Shown here in pieces: positions 32,795-48,769 of a stretch of 64,000 nt of DNA. The stretch is taken from positions 31,310,001 to 31,374,000 of the forward strand of contig OZ024759.1 of NCBI GenBank assembly GCA_964016885.1. Reading direction: 5' to 3'. This stretch comes from Eledone cirrhosa. Taxonomy: Eukaryota. The first letter of the stretch is position 1, and each line of letters opens with the position of its first letter. The notes under the pieces are model-generated. The model did not search any database and was not told the DNA's origin. It was given only the letters and a program-made list of their open reading frames with translations. Both the position numbers and the translations under genes were made by a program.

Positions 32795-32934
32795 AAAGAC
32801 ATTTTTTTTATTTGTTGGTTATTCAACAAATGTATTTATAACAGATTAGAAGCACTCTACAGGACTTCTTCTGGAGTATAATATCAATAATATTAATAAA
32901 TGGAGACTATCTTTATAAAACCATATTTATTATA

Positions 32935-33119
32935 TTGGCAGTATCGGTAGACGGTCGGATACCATGCTTTGACGCATAGAGTTACGGCCCTTGCCATTCT
33001 GAGTTCAAAAATCCCGCCGAGGTTAACTTTGCCTTTCATCCTTATAGGGTCGATAAAATAAAGTACCAGTAATGCACTGGGTAATTGCTGGCCTTGTGCC
33101 AAATAGTAGAAACAATTAT
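32935..33119 (+). mobile_element. tRNA-derived SINE family 1 (Nin/Deu-like central domain)
   Basis: A-box-like tggcagtatcgg, B-box gagttcaaa, core gcctttcatcct..gggtcgataaaataaagtaccag. Confidence 0.8.
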
Positions 33120-33141
33120 ATATATTTCAATACAACTTTTG

Positions 33142-33202
33142 TATTTTATCTGAAGAGGGCGTACCAAAAATGTTGGTACCCTTGAAATATATATAACAGA
33201 TA
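33142..33202 (+). ncRNA. Hammerhead ribozyme (family A), stem I partly decayed
   Basis: ttttat-CTGAAGA-gggcgtaccaa..ttggtaccctt-GAAA-tatata-TA. Confidence 0.7.
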
Positions 33203-33276
33203 TGGTTTTATAAAGATAGTCTCCATTTATTAATATTATATATATATATATATATATTAGAAATGACTTCTACAAA

Positions 33277-34336
33277 TGTGTGTGTGTGTTTGTGTGTGTC
33301 TGTGTGTCTACGTCTGTGTCTGTCTGTGTGCGTATGTCTTTGTGCCTGTGTGTCTGTGTGTCTACGTCTGTGTCTGTCTGTGTGCGTATGTCTTTGTGCC
33401 TGTGTGTGTGTGTTTGTCTGTGTGTCTACGTCTGTGTCTGTCTGTGTGCGTATGTCTTTGTGCCTGTGTGTGTGTGTTTGTCTGTGTGTCTACGTCTGTG
33501 TCTGTCTGTGTGCGTATGTCTTTGTGCCTGTGTGTGTGTGTTTGTGTCTGTGTGTTTACGTCTGTGTCTGTCTGTGTGCGTATGTCTTTGTGCCTGTGTG
33601 TGTGTGTTTGTGTCTGTGTGTCTACGTCTGTGTCTGTCTGTGTGCGTATGTCTTTGTGCCTGTGTGTGTGTGTTTGTGTCTGTGTGTCTACGTCTGTGTC
33701 TGTCTGTGTGCGTATGTCTTTGTGCCTGTGTGTGTGTGTTTGTGTCTGTGTGTCTACGTCTGTGTCTGTCTGTGTGCGTATGTCTTTGTGCCTGTGTGTG
33801 TGTGTTTGTGTCTGTGTGTCTACGTCTGTGTCTGTCTGTGTGCGTATGTCTTTGTGCCTGTGTGTGTGTGTTTGTGTCTGTGTCTACGTCTGTGTCTGTC
33901 TGTGTGCGTATGTCTTTGTGCCTGTGTGTGTGTGTTTGTGTCTGTGTGTCTACGTCTGTGTCTGTCTGTGTGCGTATGTCTTTGTGCCTGTGTGTGTGTG
34001 TTTGTGTCTGTGTGTCTACGTCTGTGTCTGTCTGTGTGCGTATGTCTTTGTGCCTGTGTGTGTGTGTTTGTGTCTGTGTGTCTACGTCTGTGTCTGTCTG
34101 TGTGCGTATGTCTTTGTGCCTGTGTGTGTGTGTTTGTCTGTGTGTCTACGTCTGTGTCTGTCTGTGTGCGTATGTCTTTGTGCCTGTGTGTCTGTGTGTC
34201 TGTGTGTCTGTGTGTCTGTGTGTCTACGTCTGTGTCTGTCTGTGTGACTATGTCTTTGTGCCTGTGTGTCTGTTTGTGTGTGTGTTTGTGTCTGTGTGCC
34301 TACGTCTGTGTCTGTCTGTGTGCGTATGTCTTTGTG

Positions 34337-34404
<68 letters not shown>

Positions 34405-34620
34405 CCTACATCTGTGTCTGTCTGTGTGACTATGTCTTTGTGCCTGTGTGTGTGTTTGTGTGTGTGTTTGTGTCTGTATGTCTACGTCTGTGTCTGTCTG
34501 TGTGCCTATGTCTTTGTGCCTGTGTGTGTGTGTGTGTCACTATATATATGTGTGTGTGTGTGTGTGTTTCACTGTATGTGTGTGTGTGTGTGTCACTATA
34601 TGTGTGTGTATGTGTGTGTC
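33277..34620. repeat. ~64-66-bp GT-rich minisatellite
   Basis: tctacgtctgtgtctgtctgtgtgcgtatgtctttgtgcc repeated ~18-19 times. Confidence 0.9.
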
Positions 34621-34740
34621 ATGTCCATAAAGCTAGAAGCAGTTGTATTAAGGAATAAAATAATCAATAAGTACAATTATTCGTGATGTTGTTTAGTTAT
34701 ATTGAAATTGACAGGTAGAGGGATTGTTATAGATATATAG

Positions 34741-34823
<83 letters not shown>

Positions 34824-34856
34824 ATATATTAACAAATGGAAACTATATATATATAT

Positions 34857-35237
34857 AACGAAGGAAATGTGGTAAGGAACCAGGTGGACCATAACGCACC
34901 AAAGTACTCAATACTTGGGGTAGTAGAGTGGGTAATAGGAACGAGTAGGACCCCGACGGCTGAGCTCAAGCCGTTTCGACGGCTAATTCTGGACTAAATG
35001 AAAATTTTTATCCTGGTATATGAATAGCCGAGCTTCTCAGGGGGTAATTCCATATATGGTAAAAGTGATTGTCACAACAAACTTTTGAACAATCCTTGTG
35101 ACAATCACTTTTACGATATATGGAATTACCCTCTGAGAAGCTCGGCTATTCATATACCAGAATAAAAAATTTCATTTAGTCCAGAATTAGCCGTCGAAAC
35201 GGCTTGAGCTCAGCCGTCGGGGTCCTACTCGTTCCTA
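34857..35237. mobile_element. Family B asymmetric fold-back retroelement remnant (Penelope-like pLTR) in (TA)n
   Basis: Long arm (-) and short arm (+) inverted around ~35085. Same family at 4837-5040, 11151-11314, 14781-14988, 20471-20585, 26628-26735, 32460-32598, 36244-36500, 50689-50775 and 56911-57099. Confidence 0.75.
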
Positions 35238-35266
35238 TATATATATATATTAAAATAACAGATTAA

Positions 35267-35317
35267 AGTTTAAGCAAAGAATCGCTGCTTTCACCCTTAA
35301 CGGGATCTTCTGAAACT
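35267..35317 (-). ncRNA. Hammerhead-like fold with variant core CAGAAGA (family G); copies at 50852-50903 (+) and, partial, ~24460-24505
   Basis: revcomp agttt-CAGAAGA-t ccc gttaa ggg t-GAAA-gcag cgattct ttgc-TT-aaact. Confidence 0.55.
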
Positions 35318-35344
35318 AATATATATATATATGGTTGTGGCGAA

Positions 35345-35810
35345 GGTAATGGAGGTGGTGTTGTGGTGGTGGTGGTGGTGGTGGTGGTTTTAGCTGCTGC
35401 TGTTGTTGTTGTTAGTGATGGAGGTGGTGTTGGTGTTGATGTTGGTGTTGGTGGTGTTAGTTTAGTGATGGAGGTGGTGTTGTGGTGGTGGTGGTGGTTT
35501 TAGCTGCTGCTGTTGTTGTTGTTAGTGATGGAGGTGGTGTTGGTGTTGATGTTGGTGTTGGTGGTGTTAGTTTAGTGATGGAGGTGGTGTTGTGGTGGTG
35601 GTGGTGGTGGTGGTTTTAGCTGCTGCTGTTGTTGTTGTTAGTGATGGAGGTGGTGTTGGTGTTGATGTTGGTGTTGGTGGTGTTAGTGTTAGTGATGGAG
35701 GTGGAGGTGGTGGTAGTGTTGGCGTTGAAGGAGTGTTGTTGTTGTTGATGGTGGTGATGGAGGCGGTGTTGATGTCGGTATTGTGGGTGTTGTTAGTGGT
35801 TGTGGTGTTG
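35345..35810. repeat. GGT/GTT-rich ~110-120-bp unit in three tandem copies
   Basis: gttttagctgctgctgttgttgttgttagtgatggagg occurs three times. Confidence 0.85.
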
Positions 35811-36181
35811 CATATTTTACATTTATATTTTTTATTTTACTTTTTTTGTTTTATTTTTCGCTGTTTTTGTTTTATTTTTTATTTAAATTTTTTTATTATA
35901 TTTCTCTGTATTTGCGATGAATCTCGGTGTATATACGATAGTTATAATGTGTGGTATATAATGTATGGTATTGTGGGAAATCTGGGAAAATTGCATATTC
36001 TAACGATAATTGGCACTGCTCACTCACACTATATATACACACATATATACACATTATATGTATGTGTATATTTATATATAGAGAGAGAGTGGGAGAGAAA
36101 AAGAAAGACAGAGATACATTTATACACCCACACATTATGTACGTGCATATATATATATATGAATATATGTATATATGTGTG

Positions 36182-36221
<40 letters not shown>

Positions 36222-36390
36222 TGTGTATAGATATTTATATATATAACGAAGAAAATTCTATCATGGCAATTTGTGGAGGGAAGGGGTAGCTGAACCTTCC
36301 CTCCACAAATTGCCATGATAGAATTATTATGTCTCAACAACAAACTTTTGACCAATCCTTGTGACAATCACTTTTACCATATATGGAATT

Positions 36391-36486
36391 ACCCCCTGAG
36401 AAGCTCGGCTATTCATATACCAGGATAAAAATGTTCATTTAGTCCAGAATTAGCCGTCGAAACGGCTTGAGTTCAGCCGTCGGGGT
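36391..36486 (+). ncRNA. Hammerhead-like fold with variant core CUGAGAA (family B); other copies at 35128-35223 (+) and 34950-35045 (-)
   Basis: acccc-CTGAGAA-gctcggcta...tagccgtc-GAAA-cggc ttgag(c/t)tca gccg-TC-ggggt; GUC triplet, all three helices pair. Confidence 0.7.
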
Positions 36487-36593
36487 CCTACTCGTTCCTA
36501 TTTATATATATATATATATAGATTCATTTATACACACACACACACACACACATTATATATATATATATACATATATATATATACACGTATATA

Positions 36594-36681
<88 letters not shown>

Positions 36682-36744
36682 CATTTATACACACACACAC
36701 ACATTATATATATATATACATATATATATATATACACGTATATA

Positions 36745-36926
<182 letters not shown>

Positions 36927-36960
36927 AGATTTGAGAATGAAAGAGGAGCAGAGATAAATT

Positions 36961-37004
<44 letters not shown>

Positions 37005-37200
37005 ATCAACGCTTGTTATCTGTAGTGCAATTCTTGTAGTGATAATTTCTGTATTTCCTCAATATATTTTAACCCCCGGGGAGGAGGTCTATATATTTGT
37101 CTGTGTTTGTCTGTTTTTCTATGTTGTGTGTCAAAATGGAAATTGTCCGTTATTTCATCATCTAGATCTCTATATATGGATAATTTGTGTATTATTGCTA

Positions 37201-37279
<79 letters not shown>

Positions 37280-37588
37280 GGTGGTGATGGTGGCGGCGGT
37301 GGTGGTAGTAGTAGTAGATTATTGTCTTTGTTATCAACAGTCGCCTATGTCCAAACGTAAAAAATTATATATATATATATATATATATTAGTAAAGGAAA
37401 AAAAATGGTGACAAATTTTTCCCAGTGAAAAATAGTTTATTTAGGAATAAGTATTGGTTAGTATTCAGTTTTAGTTTTAAGTTTTTACCGGTTGCGCATT
37501 TCTAATGCTTTTCAAAAATAATTTTGAGATAGAGCGCCCGTGATGTTTGCTCTAATCAGAGCAATATATATATATAAATATATATATA

Positions 37589-37725
<137 letters not shown>

Positions 37726-40589
37726 GTGCAAGAGGAATAAACGCAAACTGGAAGATTTTTAATAACATTACACTTTCTCGATCACCCCTATGTCTATCTT
37801 TATGGGTAATCAGTCATTGTCTTCACATGTGACCCTATTTCAGTTGTGGCGATTATATATAGGACTGTGGATTTATATAGGACAGTAGGATCCTATGGGT
37901 CATTGTTGACCTATCCAAAACACGAACCCAGTCAAGGTGATTTGTGGAAGAGCAGCCACTCACCCATGTATGGAGATCTTCCCTCTCTACGCCATCGATG
38001 TTATCCAAGTGAAAGGCAACAGCTGATAGAGCTTGGTACCTGTGGATTATATCGCCACTATTTTCTCTAGCTGATATAGACTTGTGTAACGTGGAATAAA
38101 GTGCCTTGCTCAAGGACACAACGCACTACTTTGTTCAGGTGTCTAACTCACAAGCTGTCACATATTCTAACCCTTATACCACGGTGGACTATTGAAGCCA
38201 TAACGTTTTTCGTTTAACAGCATGTTCGGTGTTATTTGTTCGCTCTTCTGGAATTGAGTGTACTTGGAGCTATATGATAGAAAGACTTTCTCTTACGTTC
38301 TTCTGAAGTCAGTGAGATCAAATCACGTGTGTACGTCTGCATTTAAACGACTGTACACTTTCTTTATCAAATGCGCTCTCCTCTTTCCAATGTCACAAAT
38401 GATTAGACTAGTGTACATAAATATATATATAGTGAAGAACAGGACTAAATCATTTAAAATATTCAGTTTCGTTCGACTATATTTAGAATTCATGTGCTGA
38501 GTAAATTCTGTTACCGAATGTCTGTTACATTTTATTGATTTCATTTTCTTATTCATATACAACGTTTTCATTTTGTCGAACAGGAAATATGAAATCTTCC
38601 TAGATTCATTCTATTATTTTTTAGATCATTGTAAGCATAACTAAAATGAAAAGGTTAGCAAGTCACGATTTCGTTAGCATGAACCTCATTATTTTACGTC
38701 ATTCTTTGTAAAATTATTTTCATTCGTGAATACTATATTTCATTATTTCTAAAAACAGTATTTTTAAGAGTAATTACATCGGTGAGAAATCTTATAACTG
38801 CTAGGGTCAGAGTAGCACCGCCAACGGCTAACTTCTTACATTTATATTAGCGATTGTGTTGTTTCAACTCACCAGAGCTACCTACCTCTAAACACAATTT
38901 CTTTCGAAGTTTTCATTTAAAATAAGTTAATATTAGTTGCATCCGCTAATAATACAATCGAAATACCAGGAGGCATGCATTTTTTTTCTATATTGTTTAC
39001 CAGCAGAAAACCTAATTAATATGTGTTGTACGTTGTATGATGCTTTAGTCGGGAAAATAATTACATCAAATGTATCGAGATTAATTCAAGTGATTATATT
39101 TTCTCTATTGAAGTCTACATTTTATGCCAATGCCACTGCCACATGCTTCTTTTTTTAAATCGGGGTTAAAAAGAATCAAATGTTAAAAAATTATACTAAT
39201 TATTATAAAATATGTAATGTGGTCCGTCTGTCGAAACCAATCAAATTCAGTTAATATCTGTCAAAGACAGAATTTAATTTATCATGTGAATGTGTGTTAA
39301 GTTACGCTCGATTTAAATTATTTAAAGTCCAGCATGGCTGTCTTCTATTGAATTATTAACAGTGATGAGCACCTTGAGGTATGAGGGAGACCCTTGGTAA
39401 TCTCTGATGGTAATCCAATTTCAATCTTACCTGCTAATACCTTCGGGAAATGATCACACTTTAACATCTGTCATCTTCAAACCAAAAATAAATATTACCT
39501 TACATGCATGCAAGGTCCCGTAACTCCTGAGGGAGTCATAGGGGCGTTGTGTTGATATACGGCCTTTCTAGGGCATTTTAGAGACCCATCTCCTCTCCAC
39601 ATCTAAACACCGAAGATTTATTCCAGAGAAAGGTAGAGTCATAGAATGGAAGTGACAAAGACATATATAGTTTAGTCAGATGCTGTAACTCCCGAGATGT
39701 TTTTTAGGTGCATCGTATTAACATACGACGTTTCTAGGGTATTTTCTAACCTGGTGGACCCCATTTCATCTCCAAGTCTTAATGCACCAGATTTCTTCCA
39801 GAGAAGGATAGAGAGTGAGAGACTGGAAGTGAGAAAGCTATATTCTCTACTCCATCGATGTTGTCCAAGGGAAAGGCAAAGGCTGATACAACTTGGCACC
39901 AGTGATGTCGCTATTATTTTCTCCAGCTAATTACAACTTATGTAACGAGGAATAAAGTGTCTTACGCAAGGACACAACGCATTGCTTGGTTCAGGAGTCG
40001 AACTCATGAGCAACGATACGATTCTGGTCCACACACTCTAACCCTCATACCATAACGTTTTTCATTTAACAGCCTGTTCAGTGTTATTCATTAGCTCTTC
40101 TGGAATCGAGTCTACTTGGAGCTATGACAGAATACATTCCATTACAAAGCCATTGTACCATTGAGAGATATAGAATGCTGGCATAAACACACGTCCATGC
40201 ATTTTACTGGATGAAACAATTGTTTTAATCAAGCTAAATAATTAATACTGGTAATTATTTGATTAGCCTGGGGAGATTCAAATTGAAAATAAACCTCTCC
40301 GTGCTATTTTCCAGGACTATTCTGGTTCAAACAGCCACAATCGCAGAGTTATTTTATTTTCCAAATATTTAAATTTCTTTTTAGAAATTCTGTCCTTGAC
40401 AAGAAAACATAAAATTGATTTTCTTTACGCTGAAGCAAGACATTAAATTTGCAGTAGTATCTAAATACCATATAATATTTAGTCTAAATGTCTACAGTTT
40501 CTGTCACACCACCACATTAACACATAATGAAATTATAAATAACTAGAATTTTTTTTCAACACTCTGAAGCGTGTATGGGTATATAATTA

Positions 40590-41062
40590 TGAACGCGTAA
40601 ACACAGACACACTTACGGAAATATACACTCACAGACATACATTCACACAAATACATATACATCCATACAAACATACACATACATTCACACAAACACACAA
40701 ATACATACATTTACACAAATACACATACATCCATACAAACATACACATACATTCACACAAACACACAAATACATACATTTACACAAATACACATACATCC
40801 TTACAAACATACACATACATTCACACAAACACACAAATACATACATTTACACAAACACATACATACACTCACACACAAATATAGTGAATGTTAGACGCTG
40901 TCTTCTGTAGATTTTTATCACTCCGTTCTTCCTCAGTCATCATTTCCCCGTCCTTCCACAATCATCTCTAGTGTGTAACGTCATCACCCCTTCCTTGCTC
41001 AGTCATCTCTAGTGTGTGACGGAAGGACGGACGGACGGAAATCGCTCCAATTTATATATAAA
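40590..41062 (-). mobile_element. Dispersed repeat with internal CA-rich minisatellite, possibly a non-autonomous Helitron 5' part; second copy at 7372-7742
   Basis: Both copies end gtgtgacgga..acggacggaa..aatttatatata (revcomp starts TATATAAA..GTCCGTCC); no CTAG/hairpin end verified. Confidence 0.35.
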
Positions 41063-41365
41063 GTACAGACTAGAAGGGAAATAATTCTAGAGAACATTTA
41101 AACTGAGATATTCACAAAGACTTTCCGAATTTAATGTAAGCTCGAATTACGTTTCGGAACAGAGATGTTTGTGGACTGTAAAATATATCTTTCTGTTGGG
41201 GTTCCGGAGTAACGTAATCCTTTAGTTCATGCTCTAGCAGATAGTTCATAAGTTATAGCTGCCATTTTAGTGATCCCATTATCAACTTCAGTAAAACTTT
41301 CCTACACTGGGTACCTACTGACTCGATGCTATGGTAGAAAACACTAGTCTAATGAGGCCTGCAGT

Positions 41366-41681
41366 CAAGGATGGATTTAGACCTTGGAGGACCCGGGGCA
41401 ATTCAGGTTTTGGGGACCCCTCATGCACAAAACAATATAATACACAGCAAACCCCCTAATTTTACATATCGAAGTTAGCTTGGCGCAACTAATTGGAATT
41501 GAAAAGTAATATATACAGGTATTAAATTCAAAAATTCTAATCATTCTATAAATAAAAAGCCCAGCTGGGAGCACAAATAAATAGCTACGGCCGTCACTGT
41601 TGGAGGCCCTCTCCCACTGCAGGGGAGCCGGGGAGATTGACCCTCTTGGCCGCCGCTTACACCCCATTAAATCCGGTGCTG
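41366..41681. mobile_element. hAT-type MITE
   Basis: Imperfect TIRs caaggatggattta / taaatccggtgctg, flanked by an 8-bp direct repeat cctgcagt (41358-41365 and 41682-41689). Confidence 0.75.
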
Positions 41682-42130
41682 CCTGCAGTGGGATAAAAAC
41701 CGACACCGGGTTGAATGCAAACTGAACTCCTTAACAACTTAGACATGACTGCATCTATTTTTAATTCCTAAAATTATTTCTCCAATGCGTCTCGGTGAAG
41801 TGTGACATATAGAGCTGAATAGTTTTCCAAGAGAAAAACTGTGAAGATATGACCTAATGGTTATATATCCCTGGCGCTTAATGTATCATTTATGGATGAA
41901 TTTCTAAGCCGCAGTGAATAAACTTTTATGAAATAGCGGTACAAAATTGCATCACAAAGAAACACACATAATATCGTCTTAACAAATCACAAAAACTGTA
42001 TGTTTAAAGGCTATAAAATGAATATAAGTGAATAGACGAGCAAATGTTTAAGCAGATTAGTGAACTGTCAGCTCATGTAAATATATAAAATTGTATATTA
42101 TGAAGAGACAGACTAATGCTAATTTTACAT

Positions 42131-42363
<233 letters not shown>

Positions 42364-42753
42364 AAGAAAAAGAGACGAATATAAATTGGTATAAATAGAA
42401 AGACACGATATCATGGGATTTAGGAATTTGAAGAGATGATTATGATATATAAAATATGGTTGTGACAATATGTGAGAATATAAGAGAGAATGGGGGGAGG
42501 GGGGGGATGACATGTCCAAATAGATACCAGGAGTAAAATGAATTACTAAGGGAGATAATCGAACGGAGAAAATTGCAGAAGACATGATTCAAAGGGCTTG
42601 ATCTTTCACACGTTTAGCTGCAATCATAAAATGATATAGGTTTTGACATAGTTACTGTTCATACTCTAATAAATCATTACGCTAATCCACTACAATGTTT
42701 ATGAACGACAATTACCATAAAGTATAAATCTGTATATATATATATGTATGTGG

Positions 42754-42788
<35 letters not shown>

Positions 42789-42836
42789 TGCGTGTGTGTG
42801 GGTGTGTGTGTGTGTGTGTAGATATCGGTGTATATA

Positions 42837-42890
<54 letters not shown>

Positions 42891-42917
42891 TATATATGCT
42901 TGTATGTATATATGTAA

Positions 42918-43044
<127 letters not shown>

Positions 43045-43098
43045 ACATATATATAAATATGTATATATATATATATAAATGTATATACATATATATTC

Positions 43099-43139
<41 letters not shown>

Positions 43140-43157
43140 TATATGTATAAATTTATA

Positions 43158-43199
<42 letters not shown>

Positions 43200-43796
43200 C
43201 ATATATATACATATTTATATATATATATACGTATGTACACATATAAACACACATATTTACAGGTACATATAGATATGGATATACATATATACATATCTAA
43301 CTAACTATCTATGAACCTATATAAACATAAATACATACATACACACACACACATACACACGCACACACACACATACATACACACATACATATATACATAC
43401 ATACAGACAAACATACAAACATATATACCTACATACATGCGTACTTACATACAAATCTACGTATGTATGATATGATACATTTGCTCGCCATAGTTCTTTC
43501 GTTTTAGACAGGAAACAATGACCTCTATCCTTTCCGCCATTGTTGTAAATTATTAGTTATTATGCAGTAAAATCTCAGCCACATGAATATTGTATACCGA
43601 AAGCAATTTCTTTCTAAATTTCTGTCTATAATATCGAATGGTTGCTCTCTGAATATTTTCCTCATTATATTAGAGAGATGGTTTTCGTAGTGAACTGAGA
43701 AAAATGGAAGGTTAAACTGATATTTAGATATATGTTTAGGTAGATTGATTAGCAGAGAGGGTGATAGAAAATGAGAGATAGATAGATGGATGGATG

Positions 43797-44370
<574 letters not shown>

Positions 44371-44372
44371 AT

Positions 44373-44461
<89 letters not shown>

Positions 44462-44524
44462 AAGGTGGGTATATAGATAGATAGATAAATAGACATTTAG
44501 ATACATATATATGTGTGTGTATAT

Positions 44525-44760
44525 ATATATAAATGTAATTTGAGTTTTTCGAATATTAATAACATTCGATTCGTTTGCAATTATGCAAACAAGCCTCAAT
44601 TTTATAGCCATGTCAGTAGAATGAGCCCTTCATTCTTGCTCAAGAGCAAGAATGAAGGGTTCATTCTACTGACATGGCTATAAAATTGAGGCTTGTTTGC
44701 ATAATTGCAAACGAATCGAATGTTATTATTAATATTCGAAAAACTCAGATTACATTTATT
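44525..44760. repeat. Fold-back cassette in (TA)n (no clear hammerhead)
   Basis: ~110-bp inverted arms centred at ~44642; similar cassettes at 48061-48163, 48209-48325 and 52592-52636. Confidence 0.8.
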
Positions 44761-44807
44761 GTATTCAGTCATGTAGAGTGAACATTTTCTTTTATATATA
44801 TATATAA

Positions 44808-45582
<775 letters not shown>

Positions 45583-46012
45583 CATATATATACACATATA
45601 CACATACATACATATATCAATATAAAGGAGATCAGTAGCATTTTGCCTCTTTCCTTTGCTTCTTTTCTAATCTGTGACATTTTCTAACTAAACAAAAGAT
45701 TTTACAGCTCCTACGGGGTGAGGTAAGGTCGGGGAAATTTCGAGGGTGAGTTGCATTGGAGATGGAACTGGTTGTTCACACAATACATTGCTACAGTAGA
45801 CTGCCCCCTCTAAATAAACAAACACCATATGTTAAAATGTACATATGACATGACGAGCCAGATTCCTACAATTGATGCTAATAGCTGCGTAAATGCTAAA
45901 GGTTCATTGCAAAGAAATATTGTATGAATTCTATTGATTTCCAATATATCCTCTTGCCACACGCGCACACATATATGTATATATGTATATATGTATATAT
46001 ATATATATTATA

Positions 46013-46069
<57 letters not shown>

Positions 46070-46088
46070 ATAATAATAAATTTCAAGA

Positions 46089-46167
<79 letters not shown>

Positions 46168-46180
46168 CTATATATATATA

Positions 46181-46229
<49 letters not shown>

Positions 46230-46265
46230 GTATATATATGTATATATATGTATATATATATATAT

Positions 46266-46297
<32 letters not shown>

Positions 46298-46322
46298 GTA
46301 TATCTATATATATATATATATA

Positions 46323-46472
<150 letters not shown>

Positions 46473-46628
46473 TATATACATATATATATAAATATATATA
46501 TATATGTATATATATATACATATACATATATATATATTATTATTTTTATTATCATTATTATTAATACATATATATGTGTGTATATATGTGTATATACACA
46601 TCTTAAATTGATTGGCATCCCAATCCCA

Positions 46629-46759
<131 letters not shown>

Positions 46760-47094
46760 GAGAAACAGATAGATATACAGAGTGTGTCAGAGGGGGTGGT
46801 GGATAAACACTGTGCATAAAGAGTGCATATATCAAGTGTGTAAGTGAATGTCTGTGTGCGTGTGTGAGTGTCTGCGTCTGTCTCTGTGTGTGTGAGTGTC
46901 TGTGTGTGACTGTCTGTGTGTGTCTGTGTGTATGTGTATGTCTGTGTGTGTGTCTGTGTGTGTGAGTGTCTGTGTGTGTGTGTGTCTGCGTGTGTGTGTC
47001 TGCGTGTGTGTCTGCGTTTGTGTGTCTGCGTGTGTATGTGTGTGGGTTTCTGTGTGTGTATGTGTGTGTCTGTGTGTGTGTCTGTGTGTGTGAG

Positions 47095-47137
<43 letters not shown>

Positions 47138-47426
47138 CTGCGTGTGTGTGTCTGCGTTTGTGTGTCTGCATGTGTCTGTGTGTGAGTGTCTGTATGTGTA
47201 TGTGTATGTCTGTGTGTGTCTGTGTGTGTGAGTGTCTGTGTGTGTGTGTGTGTGTCTGTGTGTGCGTATGTGTGTGTGAGTGTCTGTGTGTCTGCGTGTG
47301 TGTGTCTGCGTGTGTGTGTGTGTGTGTGTGTGTCTGCGTGCGTGTGTGTGTGTGTCTGCGTGTGTCTGTGTGAGTGTGTGTGTGTGTGTGTGTGTGTCTG
47401 CGTGTGTGTGTCTGCGTGTGTGTGTC

Positions 47427-47546
<120 letters not shown>

Positions 47547-47762
47547 TGTGTGTCTGCGTGTGTGTGTCTGCGTGTGTGTGTCTCTGATGATTGCAACAAG
47601 AATACGAAGGAAGCATCACTGAAAGGAAACTTTCGATTAAAATTTCAATTTGAATAAATTCTTGCTGTCAGGCAGTTGTTAGACGTTCACACATGTCAAC
47701 CTATATAAAGGTGATATATCCTACCTTTCCTCACATTCTATGATATATACACACATATATAT

Positions 47763-47851
<89 letters not shown>

Positions 47852-47886
47852 AAGAGGGTGTTAAAGTTTGCTTGAAGCATTGTGAA

Positions 47887-47919
<33 letters not shown>

Positions 47920-48155
47920 TTAGGTTTGATGTTCACCACTGGATAGAACTGGTCAATTCCGTATGGTCAATCTTAATGTAATAATATAGAGAGTACTCAA
48001 CGTAAAGCAGTTCAACCGTCTTTGTTTTTGTAGTTGGTGGTGCTAGTACGGAGTTAATTATTATAATGAAATGACAGGAGGCTGGATTTGTGTAAATCCT
48101 TGAAAGGTTTATTATACTTTCAAGGATTTACACAAGTCCAGCCTCCTGTCATTTC

Positions 48156-48211
<56 letters not shown>

Positions 48212-48245
48212 AAGTTACAGTCTCCAATATAGCAATGAAAATGTC

Positions 48246-48284
<39 letters not shown>

Positions 48285-48406
48285 ATGTAGACATTTTCAT
48301 TGCTATATTGGAGACTGTAACTTCAATATATCTGAAAGGAATTGAATTACAATAGACTTTCCGCGATATTCTATGGCGTATTGGTTATCTAAACTGACGT
48401 ATGTGT

Positions 48407-48507
<101 letters not shown>

Positions 48508-48595
48508 ACACACGCACACATAACACATCCTTCCTTATGGGACTACATTCCCATGCGAGTATAATTTTATATAATGTTATGTAACGCCTTTTTGT

Positions 48596-48666
<71 letters not shown>

Positions 48667-48721
48667 CACACACATATATATATATATATATACACATACA
48701 TATATATATATATCCACATAT

Positions 48722-48769
<48 letters not shown>

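Noticed and set aside
33263-34686. 323-468 aa Cys/Val-rich ORFs
   Set aside because: Open in all three frames across a GT-rich minisatellite; not evidence of coding
44640-44760. Possible hammerhead in the 44.6 kb fold-back
   Set aside because: No CUGANGA-like core with a matching helix I found
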